The translations under genes and the position numbers were made by a program. Source: Nanobdellati archaeon (GTDB lineage Archaea > Nanobdellota > Nanobdellia > CSSed11-243R1). Taken from it: DNA of 64,000 nt. This document shows positions 1-8,586 of this stretch, piece after piece. The stretch is from NCBI GenBank assembly GCA_027007025.1, contig JALTFL010000002.1:100006-164005 (forward strand), written 5' to 3'. The notes below the pieces were generated by a model. The model did no database searches, had not been told where the DNA came from, and saw only the letters and a program-made list of their open reading frames with translations. Numbering within the stretch: the stretch's first letter is position 1; each line of letters opens with the position of its first letter.

Positions 1-3
1 CCA

Positions 4-1059
4 TTGTATCTCGCTTCCAATGGTTTCAGCGCCTCCATTGTCGGCTTGGTAATGGGATTAACAACAATTCCATGGGTAACCAAATTCCTGTGGGGATTCG
101 TGGTTGATTACAACATCTCAAAGGGGAGAAGATACTTTATTTTGATTGGGGGCATACTCGGCGCATCTATGAACGCGCTTTTGTTTTTCATATCCCCAAG
201 CTGGATTTTTGTTTTCACTGCAATCCTTTTTGTTGGTAGGATAGGCATAGCCACTCTTGATGTTTCAACGGACGCTTTTTCCATAGAAACAACAAAGTTT
301 CACGAGAGAGGAAAAGTGAACGGCTCAATGTTCTTCGGGCAGCTTTCGGGATTCGCGTTCGGTGCTCTTGTGCTTACAAAAATCTCGACTGTTTCATTTC
401 CAGTTGTTTTCCTTAGTGTCGGGATTTTGATAATGCTTTTAGTTGGTGTTGTTTTACTTGCAAAGGAAAAAACACCTAGGAAACATCATATATCATACAA
501 AGATTTGGTGCACGCTTTCAAGCACAAGGCAATTTTTCTCATTATTCTGTTCGCCGTATTCGTCGGGATTCCATCAGGTTTTATTTTGGGCATGTCGACA
601 TATTACATGAAAGTTTATCTGGCAATCTCGGCAACCACAATAGGTGTAATCTCATTGTTCAACGGAGTTTCGAATGCTATTGGTGCATATGTTTTCGGGG
701 CGTTAAGCGACAAGTTGGGTAGAGTAAAAACACTGGTGCTTGCAATATTTCCCGCCTTGCTGTTCGCATTGCTGTTTGGGATTCTCAATTCATTTTCATT
801 GATTTATATTGTGTATGGGATTTTCGTGGGCGGAATCACGGCAGTCATGTGCGCGCTGTTTATGGATATAACATCGAAGAAAGTTGCCGCGACAGAATAC
901 GCGATTTTGACAAGCCTGGCGAACTTCGGGATTTTCATAGGAACAACCTCAAGCGGATTTCTTCTTCAGAGCACGAGTCCAAAAATATTTTTCCTTTTTG
1001 CAGCGCTGCTTTATATACCATCAATTATTTTGATTTATCTCGTATCCAGGAAACTTTGA
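4..1059 (+). CDS. MFS transporter (AmpG-like), probably 5'-truncated by the window edge
   Basis: Multiple TM helices; PWxxKFLWxxxVD and ATLDVSTDA motifs of AmpG-type MFS; motif A GALSDKLGR. Confidence 0.8.
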   Translation: MYLASNGFSASIVGLVMGLTTIPWVTKFLWGFVVDYNISKGRRYFILIGGILGASMNALLFFISPSWIFVFTAILFVGRIGIATLDVSTDAFSIETTKFHERGKVNGSMFFGQLSGFAFGALVLTKISTVSFPVVFLSVGILIMLLVGVVLLAKEKTPRKHHISYKDLVHAFKHKAIFLIILFAVFVGIPSGFILGMSTYYMKVYLAISATTIGVISLFNGVSNAIGAYVFGALSDKLGRVKTLVLAIFPALLFALLFGILNSFSLIYIVYGIFVGGITAVMCALFMDITSKKVAATEYAILTSLANFGIFIGTTSSGFLLQSTSPKIFFLFAALLYIPSIILIYLVSRKL

Positions 1060-2011
1060 CTTCGTCGACTCTCCACCTTGGGTTTATGTCCCATTCGTCA
1101 TATTCTTTTGTTGCACCATCTTTTGCCAGTATGCCATTCCACGCAATCATCGCGCCGTTGTCTCCGGCGAGAGAAAGTGGCGGTGCGCTGAACTTGGCAC
1201 CCCTTTCTTTACACATTATGTCACACATCTCCTGCAGTCTTTTGTTGGCTGAAACTCCGCCTGTCAGAATCAGCTCATTCTTTTGGGTGTGCGCCATTGC
1301 CCTTTCGGTGACTTCAACGAGCATGGCAAAAGTGGTTTCCTGAAGTGAAAAACAGACATCCTCAAGCTTGTTTGATTTTACCAGCTCCTTGAGTTTGGTA
1401 TAAATTCCAGCGAAAGTGACATCCATCCCCTTGACGGAATAAGGAAGCTCGATGTATTGTTTTCCTTCTTTGGCGAGCTTTTCTATCTTGGGCCCGGCAG
1501 GGAATTCCAATTTTATGTTTCTACCGAAGCTGTCAAAAAGGTTGCCTATTCCCATATCTTCTGTTTCGCCGAAAATTCTATATTTGCCGCTTTCGAACGC
1601 AATTATTTGGGTGTTCCCCCCGGACACATAAAGCATGACTGGGTCATTAAACTTCGCGAACAATTTTCCTATCTCCAGATGCGCAATTGCGTGATTGATG
1701 CCAACTAAGGGTATATCCCACTTTTTGGCAATTTCTTTTGCCTTTTTCAATCCGACGAGAAGACAAGGCGGCAATCCCGGACCTATGGCGACAGCAACTA
1801 AATCAGGTTTTTCAACATTCGCTTCGTCAAGGGCTTTTTGTATCAATCCATCAGCGAGTTTTTTGTGATGCTCCTTTGCTTTTGTCGGGTCGATGCCCCA
1901 CCCTTCCGGAGGAATGTATGTGTCTTTTACATTGGCTAGAATTCTTCCCTTTTCATCTACAACACCTACCCCAAATGTGTGCGCCGTGGATTCTATACCC
2001 AAACAAATCAT
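1025..2011 (-). CDS. kae1: KEOPS subunit Kae1 (t6A synthase), not fused to Bud32
   Basis: LGIESTAHT, GPGLPPCL, NHAIAHLE, YVSGGNTQ, GDNGAMIAW motifs. Confidence 0.97.
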   Translation of the reverse strand: MICLGIESTAHTFGVGVVDEKGRILANVKDTYIPPEGWGIDPTKAKEHHKKLADGLIQKALDEANVEKPDLVAVAIGPGLPPCLLVGLKKAKEIAKKWDIPLVGINHAIAHLEIGKLFAKFNDPVMLYVSGGNTQIIAFESGKYRIFGETEDMGIGNLFDSFGRNIKLEFPAGPKIEKLAKEGKQYIELPYSVKGMDVTFAGIYTKLKELVKSNKLEDVCFSLQETTFAMLVEVTERAMAHTQKNELILTGGVSANKRLQEMCDIMCKERGAKFSAPPLSLAGDNGAMIAWNGILAKDGATKEYDEWDINPRWRVDEVKVSWIRDKSK

Positions 2012-2036
2012 TTTAAGAAAAAGCTTTTCCTAACTT

Positions 2037-2462
2037 TTATGAGTTTCGCAGAGGGAGTTGTTCATAGTAAATTCTGTGTAATTTGTGTTTTATGTTGTCA
2101 TCTATGCTTTTCTCAATTTCATTAAATAATTCATCAATACTTTCCGGAGATGGATTTTCTGGTAGCCTTTCCTTTAGATATAGCAAAACATCCTCATTAA
2201 ACGGTTTGGGGATGGCAAGGATATACACTGACATTTTTCCAAGTAATGATCTATTGCGAACTTCTTTGATTAATGCATTATATTCTAACATATCATCTAT
2301 GAATTTCTCAACTTCTTTTGGACCTTTGTACGTTGCAAATCCATAATTATCTATGTTTATCCCACTATTTCTAACAAAGCGCTTTGAAAATAAAAAGCCG
2401 CGTCCTTTACTAGAGATATCTTTTATTGCTCGTAGAACACTAACTATTGAGTAATCATCCAT
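2037..2462 (-). CDS. Hypothetical protein
   Basis: 141-aa ATG ORF filling the gap, TATA-like sequence upstream; no motif recognised. Confidence 0.6.
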   Translation of the reverse strand: MDDYSIVSVLRAIKDISSKGRGFLFSKRFVRNSGINIDNYGFATYKGPKEVEKFIDDMLEYNALIKEVRNRSLLGKMSVYILAIPKPFNEDVLLYLKERLPENPSPESIDELFNEIEKSIDDNIKHKLHRIYYEQLPLRNS

Positions 2463-2542
2463 ATTTTATATTACAAACTTATTTTATATAAACTTTTCCA
2501 GAGTAACAAATTGTTTATTTTGGTAAAGTGTGTTAATTGTGT

Positions 2543-2827
2543 ATGCAAGATTTGTGCTCTGTTGTGAGAAGAGTTCCAAAAGGAAAAGTGACTACTTACG
2601 GAATTATAGCTAAGAAGATCGGCATTAATCCTCGCGCCGTGGCGGCTTCTTTAAGAAAGAATTTTGATAGAAGCATTCCCTGCCATCGCGTTGTTTACAG
2701 TGACGGAAAAATCGGCGGGTACAATCGGGGGATTAAAAATAAGATAGCACTTCTTAAAAAAGAGGGAATAAAAATTAAAAACGGAAAAATAATAGAATTT
2801 GAAAAAGTTCTGTTTAATTATTTTTAA
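2543..2827 (+). CDS. ogt: O6-alkylguanine DNA alkyltransferase (MGMT family), minimal single domain
   Basis: [14 protein letters not shown] and active-site PCHRV motifs; ATG at 2543. Confidence 0.9.
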   Translation: MQDLCSVVRRVPKGKVTTYGIIAKKIGINPRAVAASLRKNFDRSIPCHRVVYSDGKIGGYNRGIKNKIALLKKEGIKIKNGKIIEFEKVLFNYF

Positions 2828-3032
2828 TCATTTCTGTGTATCCGCATCGCCCGCATGTCCATCTGTCCTTGTGCTTCGCCATGAAAACGCCGGGTCCGCA
2901 TTTTGGACATATCTTGTTTTTTCTTTTTACTTTGCCATCAGTTATTTCATACATTTCCCACTTCTTTGCGGATTTTGTCGTTCTCGGTTTTTTCTTACCT
3001 TTCTTTTCCTTGGCTCTCTTTTTCTTCCCCAT
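2814..3032 (-). CDS. rps27ae: 30S ribosomal protein S27ae with Lys-rich N-terminus
   Basis: [24 protein letters not shown] zinc finger; conserved neighbourhood. Confidence 0.97.
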   Translation of the reverse strand: MGKKKRAKEKKGKKKPRTTKSAKKWEMYEITDGKVKRKNKICPKCGPGVFMAKHKDRWTCGRCGYTEMIKNN

Positions 3033-3355
3033 TACTGCTCACCTTCTTTGCTTTCTTCTTTTGGTTTTGCTTTTTCTCTTGACTTTTCAATTCTTTTTAC
3101 CAAATATTTCGGCTCGAATTTCTTCAGTGTTTTTTCGTCAGAATAAACATGTGTGTCGCATATTGTTTTTCTGGTTCCGAATACATTGTTCATCTTTCTG
3201 AGGATTATCAAATTTTCGCCGACTTTGAGCAGCTTTGCGATTTCCTTAATTGCATCAATTCTTGTTAGCGGCTTTTGGTCGTAGATGATTTCAACAGTTA
3301 ATTCTTTTCTACCGATTGTTTTGTTTTCTTTAGTTTCGACTACTTTTACTTCCAT
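3032..3355 (-). CDS. rps24e: 30S ribosomal protein S24e
   Basis: [10 protein letters not shown]...FG...VY...EPKYL pattern; position between spt4 and rps27ae. Confidence 0.93.
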   Translation of the reverse strand: MEVKVVETKENKTIGRKELTVEIIYDQKPLTRIDAIKEIAKLLKVGENLIILRKMNNVFGTRKTICDTHVYSDEKTLKKFEPKYLVKRIEKSREKAKPKEESKEGEQ

Positions 3356-3540
3356 TATCTCACCTTTAGTGCGTATTTCCCAGGTATTTCAATATTAAGT
3401 TCCTTAGCTATTTGGGATTTGTCAGGGTCTATTATTATAACAACTCCTCTCCAGTGCGGCGTCAATTCCTGGCTCCCACAAGATGGGCATTTTTTACCCG
3501 TTGTTATCCTCTTGCATTTTTTACATGCTTTTTCAATCAT
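3355..3540 (-). CDS. spt4: Transcription elongation factor Spt4 (RpoE'')
   Basis: ACKKC...CPSCGS...WRGVVIIIDP..SQIA...PGKYALKV. Confidence 0.97.
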   Translation of the reverse strand: MIEKACKKCKRITTGKKCPSCGSQELTPHWRGVVIIIDPDKSQIAKELNIEIPGKYALKVR

Positions 3541-3545
3541 TTAAA

Positions 3546-4148
3546 TCACTTTTTCTTTTTGGTTTTTTTCTTTGTTTTTTGTTTTTTCTCTTTTTTTGGC
3601 GCCTTTTCTTCAGTGTCTTTATTCTTCTCAGATTTTATCCATTCCAATTTTCCGAGTCCGGGCTGTCTCATTGTCAATCCAAGCTTGGCGCCTTTTACAT
3701 TTTTCAAGCTTATGGCAATTATTCTTGCCCTTACTTTGTCTTTTACTTTTAGGACTCTCTTGTTTTCCTTGCCCTGCAAGGTTCCATCCGAAAAGTTGAC
3801 GTAATCATCCATGACCTGCGAAACGTGAACAAGCCCGTCTATCGGACCTATCCTCACGAAAGCTCCGAATTCCATTATCTCGGATATGAACCCTTCAACC
3901 ACTTCCTGAAGTATCGGCCTGTAAACAAGCGCCTCGAAAGTCGTTTCGTAATAAACCGCACCGTCGCCCGGGATTATGCTCCCTTCCCCGACTTCTTTCA
4001 CGTTTGTGATTGCGAGAAACAACCCATGCTTTCCGAAAGCACCGACAAACTCTTCTTCAATAGCGTTCTTTACTGCTTCCTTTAATTTTTTCCCCAAAAA
4101 TTGTGGTGGCACCCTAATATTTGATTTTAATTCAAGTATGGAATACAT
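3546..4148 (-). CDS. rpoE1: RNA polymerase subunit E' (Rpo7) with Lys-rich C-tail
   Basis: GDGAVY, FGAFVRIGPIDGLVHVSQ, LTMRQPGLGK. Confidence 0.97.
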   Translation of the reverse strand: MYSILELKSNIRVPPQFLGKKLKEAVKNAIEEEFVGAFGKHGLFLAITNVKEVGEGSIIPGDGAVYYETTFEALVYRPILQEVVEGFISEIMEFGAFVRIGPIDGLVHVSQVMDDYVNFSDGTLQGKENKRVLKVKDKVRARIIAISLKNVKGAKLGLTMRQPGLGKLEWIKSEKNKDTEEKAPKKEKKQKTKKKTKKKK

Positions 4149-4249
4149 TTTACTTTCCTCTCCTTTGATATGATTCTTTCGCTTAACTAATTAATAAATG
4201 TTGTTAAATACTAAAAAAGAAAAAAGAAAAGAGCTTTTAAACCTTTCTA

Positions 4250-6211
4250 TCAAATCAAGGCGTACGCCACGAATAACGCCGCGAACAATATTGATATCGT
4301 GTTCAAGACCTTGATTAATGCGTTCAATGCTGGTCCCGCTGTGTCTTTTGACGGGTCGCCGACTGTGTCACCGACTATTGCTGCTTTGTGTGCCAAGCTT
4401 CCCTTTCCGCCGAATTTGCCGTCTTCAATGTACTTCTTTGCATTGTCCCACGCTGCTCCGCCGTTTGACAAGAACAATGCCATCAAAAGTCCTGTTACAA
4501 TTGCACCGGCAAGCAGTCCGCCAAGCGCTTCTACACCTAACAAAAAGCCGACTATCAATGGGGATGCTACCGCGATTATTCCCGGCAAAATCATCTCCTT
4601 TAATGATGCTTTTGTGCTTATGTCGATGCACTTTGTATAATCTGGCTTCGTCTTTCCACTCATTATTCCTTTGATTGTCTTGAACTGTCTTCTTACCTCG
4701 TTGACCATTGCGTATGCCGCTCTTCCAACTGCCCCCATAAGGATTGCGGAGAAGATAAACGGCAACGCACCGCCTATGAACAAACCAACGACAACTTTTT
4801 CATTTATCAAGTTCAATGTTGTCATTCCAGCTTCATTGGCGAACGCCACGAACAACGACAACGCCGCAAGAGCCGCAGATGAAATCGCGAATCCCTTTGT
4901 TACAGCCTTTGTGGTGTTTCCGACAGCGTCCAACTCGTCCGTTACCTTTCTTATTTTTTGGCTCAATCCTGTCATCTCAGCTATTCCACCCGCGTTGTCT
5001 GTTATTGGTCCGTAGCTGTCAAGTGTTATAATTGTCGCGGTTACGGAAAGCATTGCTATTGTCGCTATCGCAACTCCATAGACTCCACCGAAGTAGCTTG
5101 CCCACAGTATTGCTATCGCAATCAATATTACCGGAACAAGCGTGCTTTCCAATCCGACTGAGAGTCCGCTTATGATGTTTGTTGCCGCTCCCGTCTGCGA
5201 TGCCTTCGCTATACTCTGAACGGGTTTTTTGTCTTTTGAAGTGTAATATTCTGTTGTTATCCATATTCCTATTGTCAAGAAAATTCCGGCCAACGACGCG
5301 TAGAACAGATTAAGGGAATCCATCATTGATTTTATGACGAAGTAAAAAAGCACTATCGCGATTCCCGATGTTGTGAAAACGCCTGTGCTTAATTCCCTCC
5401 AGATATTCTTGCTGTTGCCGATTCCGATTACAAACACGCCGAATATTGACGCGATGATTCCTGCCGCGCTCAGCATTAGAGGTAACAACACACCGCCACC
5501 AATTCCAACGCCCAAAAGCATTGCCGCAATTAATGAAACCACGTATGTCTCGAACAAGTCAGCGCCCATGCCTGCGCAGTCGCCCACGTTGTCTCCGACA
5601 TTGTCTGCGATTACAGCTGGATTTCTTGGGTCATCCTCTGGGATGCCCTTTTCTATCTTTCCAACCAAATCAGCGCCCACGTCAGCAGCCTTGGTATAAA
5701 TTCCGCCACCGACACGCGCGAACAACGAGATTAATGACGCACCAAACCCTGCACCTATAATTAGTTTAGGGTCTTGGTAGAAATAGTACAGCAATCCAAC
5801 GCTGAGGATTCCAAATCCGACGATGAACATTCCTGTCACCGCTCCTCCCCTGACTGCTGTCTTCAATGCGTCTTTCAATCCTTTCTTTGCCGCTTCAGCA
5901 ACCCTGACATTTGACCTTACCGACATGTTCATGCCGATGTATCCTGCCAACGCGCTGAAAAAGGCACCGATTGAAAAACCTACTGCAGTTGGAATGTTTA
6001 TGAGCCATCCCAAAATAACTGCCAAAATTACTGCAACGACTGCCACAGTTTTGTATTCCCTGTGCATGTATGTCATTGCACCTTCCTTAATTGCATTTGA
6101 AATTTCCTGCATTTTTGGCGTTCCCTTGCTCTTCTTTAGAACGGACATAATCAAATATCCTGCAAAGAGCAGTGCCACTACGCCGGAAATTAATGCTACA
6201 TTTAAATCCAT
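4250..6211 (-). CDS. hppA: Membrane H+-translocating pyrophosphatase, K+-independent signature
   Basis: GGGIYTKAADVGADLVGK, DNVGDNVGD, GNTTKA, GDTVGDP motifs. Confidence 0.96.
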   Translation of the reverse strand: MDLNVALISGVVALLFAGYLIMSVLKKSKGTPKMQEISNAIKEGAMTYMHREYKTVAVVAVILAVILGWLINIPTAVGFSIGAFFSALAGYIGMNMSVRSNVRVAEAAKKGLKDALKTAVRGGAVTGMFIVGFGILSVGLLYYFYQDPKLIIGAGFGASLISLFARVGGGIYTKAADVGADLVGKIEKGIPEDDPRNPAVIADNVGDNVGDCAGMGADLFETYVVSLIAAMLLGVGIGGGVLLPLMLSAAGIIASIFGVFVIGIGNSKNIWRELSTGVFTTSGIAIVLFYFVIKSMMDSLNLFYASLAGIFLTIGIWITTEYYTSKDKKPVQSIAKASQTGAATNIISGLSVGLESTLVPVILIAIAILWASYFGGVYGVAIATIAMLSVTATIITLDSYGPITDNAGGIAEMTGLSQKIRKVTDELDAVGNTTKAVTKGFAISSAALAALSLFVAFANEAGMTTLNLINEKVVVGLFIGGALPFIFSAILMGAVGRAAYAMVNEVRRQFKTIKGIMSGKTKPDYTKCIDISTKASLKEMILPGIIAVASPLIVGFLLGVEALGGLLAGAIVTGLLMALFLSNGGAAWDNAKKYIEDGKFGGKGSLAHKAAIVGDTVGDPSKDTAGPALNALIKVLNTISILFAALFVAYALI

Positions 6212-6215
6212 CTTA

Positions 6216-6578
6216 TCACCCCGACATTTTAAGGTATTTCTTTTGTCTTAAGAATATCACCGATATATTTTCTTTTAAAGCTTTCTTTTTCAATTCCTTG
6301 TCCTGGGTTGCTATTATGCAACCCTCTTTTTTGGCGAAATCAATTATGGAATCATCAACGCTGCCATTTCTCTCTGCGTCTATGAACTTCACGCCTTTTT
6401 GTTCCATAAGTTTGAGCGCGGCGTCTCCAAATTCCAGTTTTTTTATCTCCTCAATACAAAAATTTAGAAAACAAATCTCATATGGCTCGTCAATCATCCT
6501 GCTTAGCTCTGCATATACATCAACCTTGAACTGGAACGGAATTACTGCAAAATTTGTGTCAAAGATTATTTTTTTCAT
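6216..6578 (-). CDS. PIN-domain protein (Fcf1/Utp24-like)
   Basis: IIFDTNF, VDDSI, IATQDKEL; usual neighbour of aIF2g. Confidence 0.9.
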   Translation of the reverse strand: MKKIIFDTNFAVIPFQFKVDVYAELSRMIDEPYEICFLNFCIEEIKKLEFGDAALKLMEQKGVKFIDAERNGSVDDSIIDFAKKEGCIIATQDKELKKKALKENISVIFLRQKKYLKMSG

Positions 6579-6651
6579 ATAATTAAGGAGTATGCAAATA
6601 TTAATATTATATTTGGAAAATTATTTAAAGTTATAACTCATCAGTGATGGT

Positions 6652-7223
6652 ATGGTATTCTTTTCAATAGAAGGGTAGATGGAAGCGGAAAAACTACCTT
6701 ATGTAAGGGGTTAGTTAAGGAATTTGATGGGAGATATTTATCCTCTGTAAGTATGAAAAAAATTCTTGAAGGGAAATCTTGGGAAACAAAATTCATGGGA
6801 TACATGTTTTCTAATTTTAACCTGAGCGAGGATATCAAGCGAGAAAATCGGCCAGTATTTGTTGATAGATATATCCACTCCACTGTTGTTTCTCATAGTC
6901 TATTTATGGGTAAGAAAGTTATTGATTTATCAGAAGAGATTGTTGAGTATTTAGATTTGCTTTTACCGGATTATGTTATATTCTTAGATGTGGAAAACAA
7001 TGTCGCGTATGAAAGGATGCACAATCGCGGAGAATTAACTGAAAATGATAAATTGCTTGAAAGTGAAAGAAAACTAATGGATAAATTTAGGGAAGGTTAT
7101 TTGACACTTTTAGGTAAGAATTATTTTCACGAAAAAGGATATCATATAATTGATACGACAAATCTGACGATTGAAGAAGTTTTAAATGAGGCAGCGAGTT
7201 ATGTTAGAAAAGTCACTCAATAA
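6652..7223 (+). pseudogene. tmk: Thymidylate kinase-like gene interrupted by a 1-nt frameshift in the P-loop (pseudogene or sequence error)
   Basis: ATG6652 reads MVFFSIEG then TAG; the -1 frame continues VDGSGKTT...VDRYIHS...PDYVIFLDV...IIDT; one more G in GGG 6673-6675 restores EGVDGSGKTT. Confidence 0.8.
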
Positions 7224-8496
7224 TCTCTCCGTAGCCGACAAGGCGCCATTTTTGCCCAATCATTCTTGAGATTACTATGCGAGCATCTTTTGAAACGCAT
7301 ATTGGGAGTTTGAGGCTCATCTCAGCTATATTCTCATGGGCGCTTGTTATAACTCCGACTGAACGGGATGTCCACGCGTTTATCATGATTGGTTCGTTTG
7401 TTTTGAGGGGCTGCATCTCCAGCTCGTCCTTGCTTCCCACAACACGCTTTAAGAGATGAACTTTAATTTTTAGCTTGTACCACACTGGAGGCATCTTTTC
7501 TGGAAGTCCAGCTATTTGTCCGACAAGCGCGTCGGATTTTGCTGTTGATGGGTCCAACTCGGTGCCTATTGCTGACGAGCCGCCGGGAACGATTTCCTTT
7601 GTTTGAACTCCGCCTGTCGCCAGGCTTGTGATTTTTGTTTGAATTGGAATCCATTCGTTTTTCTCATTTTTTCTTCCAGGGAGTATTTCTATTTTGTTAC
7701 CGACTTTTAGCTTGCCCTGCTTCAATATTCCGCCTATAACTCCCCCATTGATTTTTAGCACGTCAACGCCCGGGCGGTTTACGTCAAAGCTTCTTGCAAT
7801 TAAGAAAATTGGTTCTGCCTTCAAATCCCTCTTTGGAGTGGGTATATACTTTTCAATTGCTTCTAAAAGTATTTCCATATTTGCGCCGTATTGCGCGGAT
7901 ATGGGTATGATTGGCGCGTTCTCGGCGATGCTTCCTTTCACGAATTTTTTTATTTGATTGTAATTTTCAAGGGCTTGCTTTTTGTCAACCAAATCTATTT
8001 TGTTTTGAACAATAATGATATTTTTTACTCCGCTTATCTCAAGCGCGAGCAAGTGCTCTCTTGTCTGTGGCTGTGGGCACGGCTCGTTTGCTGCAATTAC
8101 TAATATGGCACCGTCCATGGTTGCCGCCCCTGTGAGCATTGTCGCCATGAGCGTTTCGTGTCCTGGCGCGTCCACAAAAGAGATTCTTCTTATAGGTTCT
8201 GTTTCTCCACCGCAATACGGACATTTTTCCTTTACAGAATATTTGCCACATTTTTTGCATTTCCTCACCGTGAAATCTGCATAGCCAAGTCGAATTGTGA
8301 GTCCTCTTTTTATTTCTTCAGAATGTTCCTGCGTCTTTTTTCCGGTAAGCATTTTTACGAGAGTTGTTTTTCCGTGCGCGATGTGCCCAATTGTCCCTAT
8401 GTTAACCTCCGGGAACAGGTGTTTCTTAGAGGTTGTTCTACTTCTTTTCTTCTTTGTAACTGTTTTTGTTGTTTTTTCCTTGTCCTTTTGTACCAT
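7213..8496 (-). CDS. eif2g: Translation initiation factor aIF2 gamma
   Basis: GHIAHGKTT, Zn knuckle, DAPGHE, PQPQTREH, QNKID. Confidence 0.98.
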   Translation of the reverse strand: MVQKDKEKTTKTVTKKKRSRTTSKKHLFPEVNIGTIGHIAHGKTTLVKMLTGKKTQEHSEEIKRGLTIRLGYADFTVRKCKKCGKYSVKEKCPYCGGETEPIRRISFVDAPGHETLMATMLTGAATMDGAILVIAANEPCPQPQTREHLLALEISGVKNIIIVQNKIDLVDKKQALENYNQIKKFVKGSIAENAPIIPISAQYGANMEILLEAIEKYIPTPKRDLKAEPIFLIARSFDVNRPGVDVLKINGGVIGGILKQGKLKVGNKIEILPGRKNEKNEWIPIQTKITSLATGGVQTKEIVPGGSSAIGTELDPSTAKSDALVGQIAGLPEKMPPVWYKLKIKVHLLKRVVGSKDELEMQPLKTNEPIMINAWTSRSVGVITSAHENIAEMSLKLPICVSKDARIVISRMIGQKWRLVGYGEIIE

Positions 8497-8586
8497 CTTT
8501 AAATAAGATTTAGATTAATCCTTATAAAACTATGTTTTACGCCAAAATTTTTATATATACTCTCGTCATTAATTATAGAGGGTGTT

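Noticed and set aside
4299-6251. Long antisense ORFs over hppA (similar ones over infB, ftsZ, psmA and the PMM gene)
   Set aside because: Shadow frames of well-conserved genes, without SD or recognisable motifs.
6630-6648. Weaker copies of the 19-bp motif (GTTATAACTCATCAGTGAT here, GTTATAACTG at 20886)
   Set aside because: Too degenerate for AT-rich promoter DNA, and this copy overlaps an SD; not counted.
6676-6678. In-frame TAG as pyrrolysine or stop-codon reassignment
   Set aside because: The kinase motif continues in the -1 frame, not past the TAG, and TAG ends several conserved genes normally.
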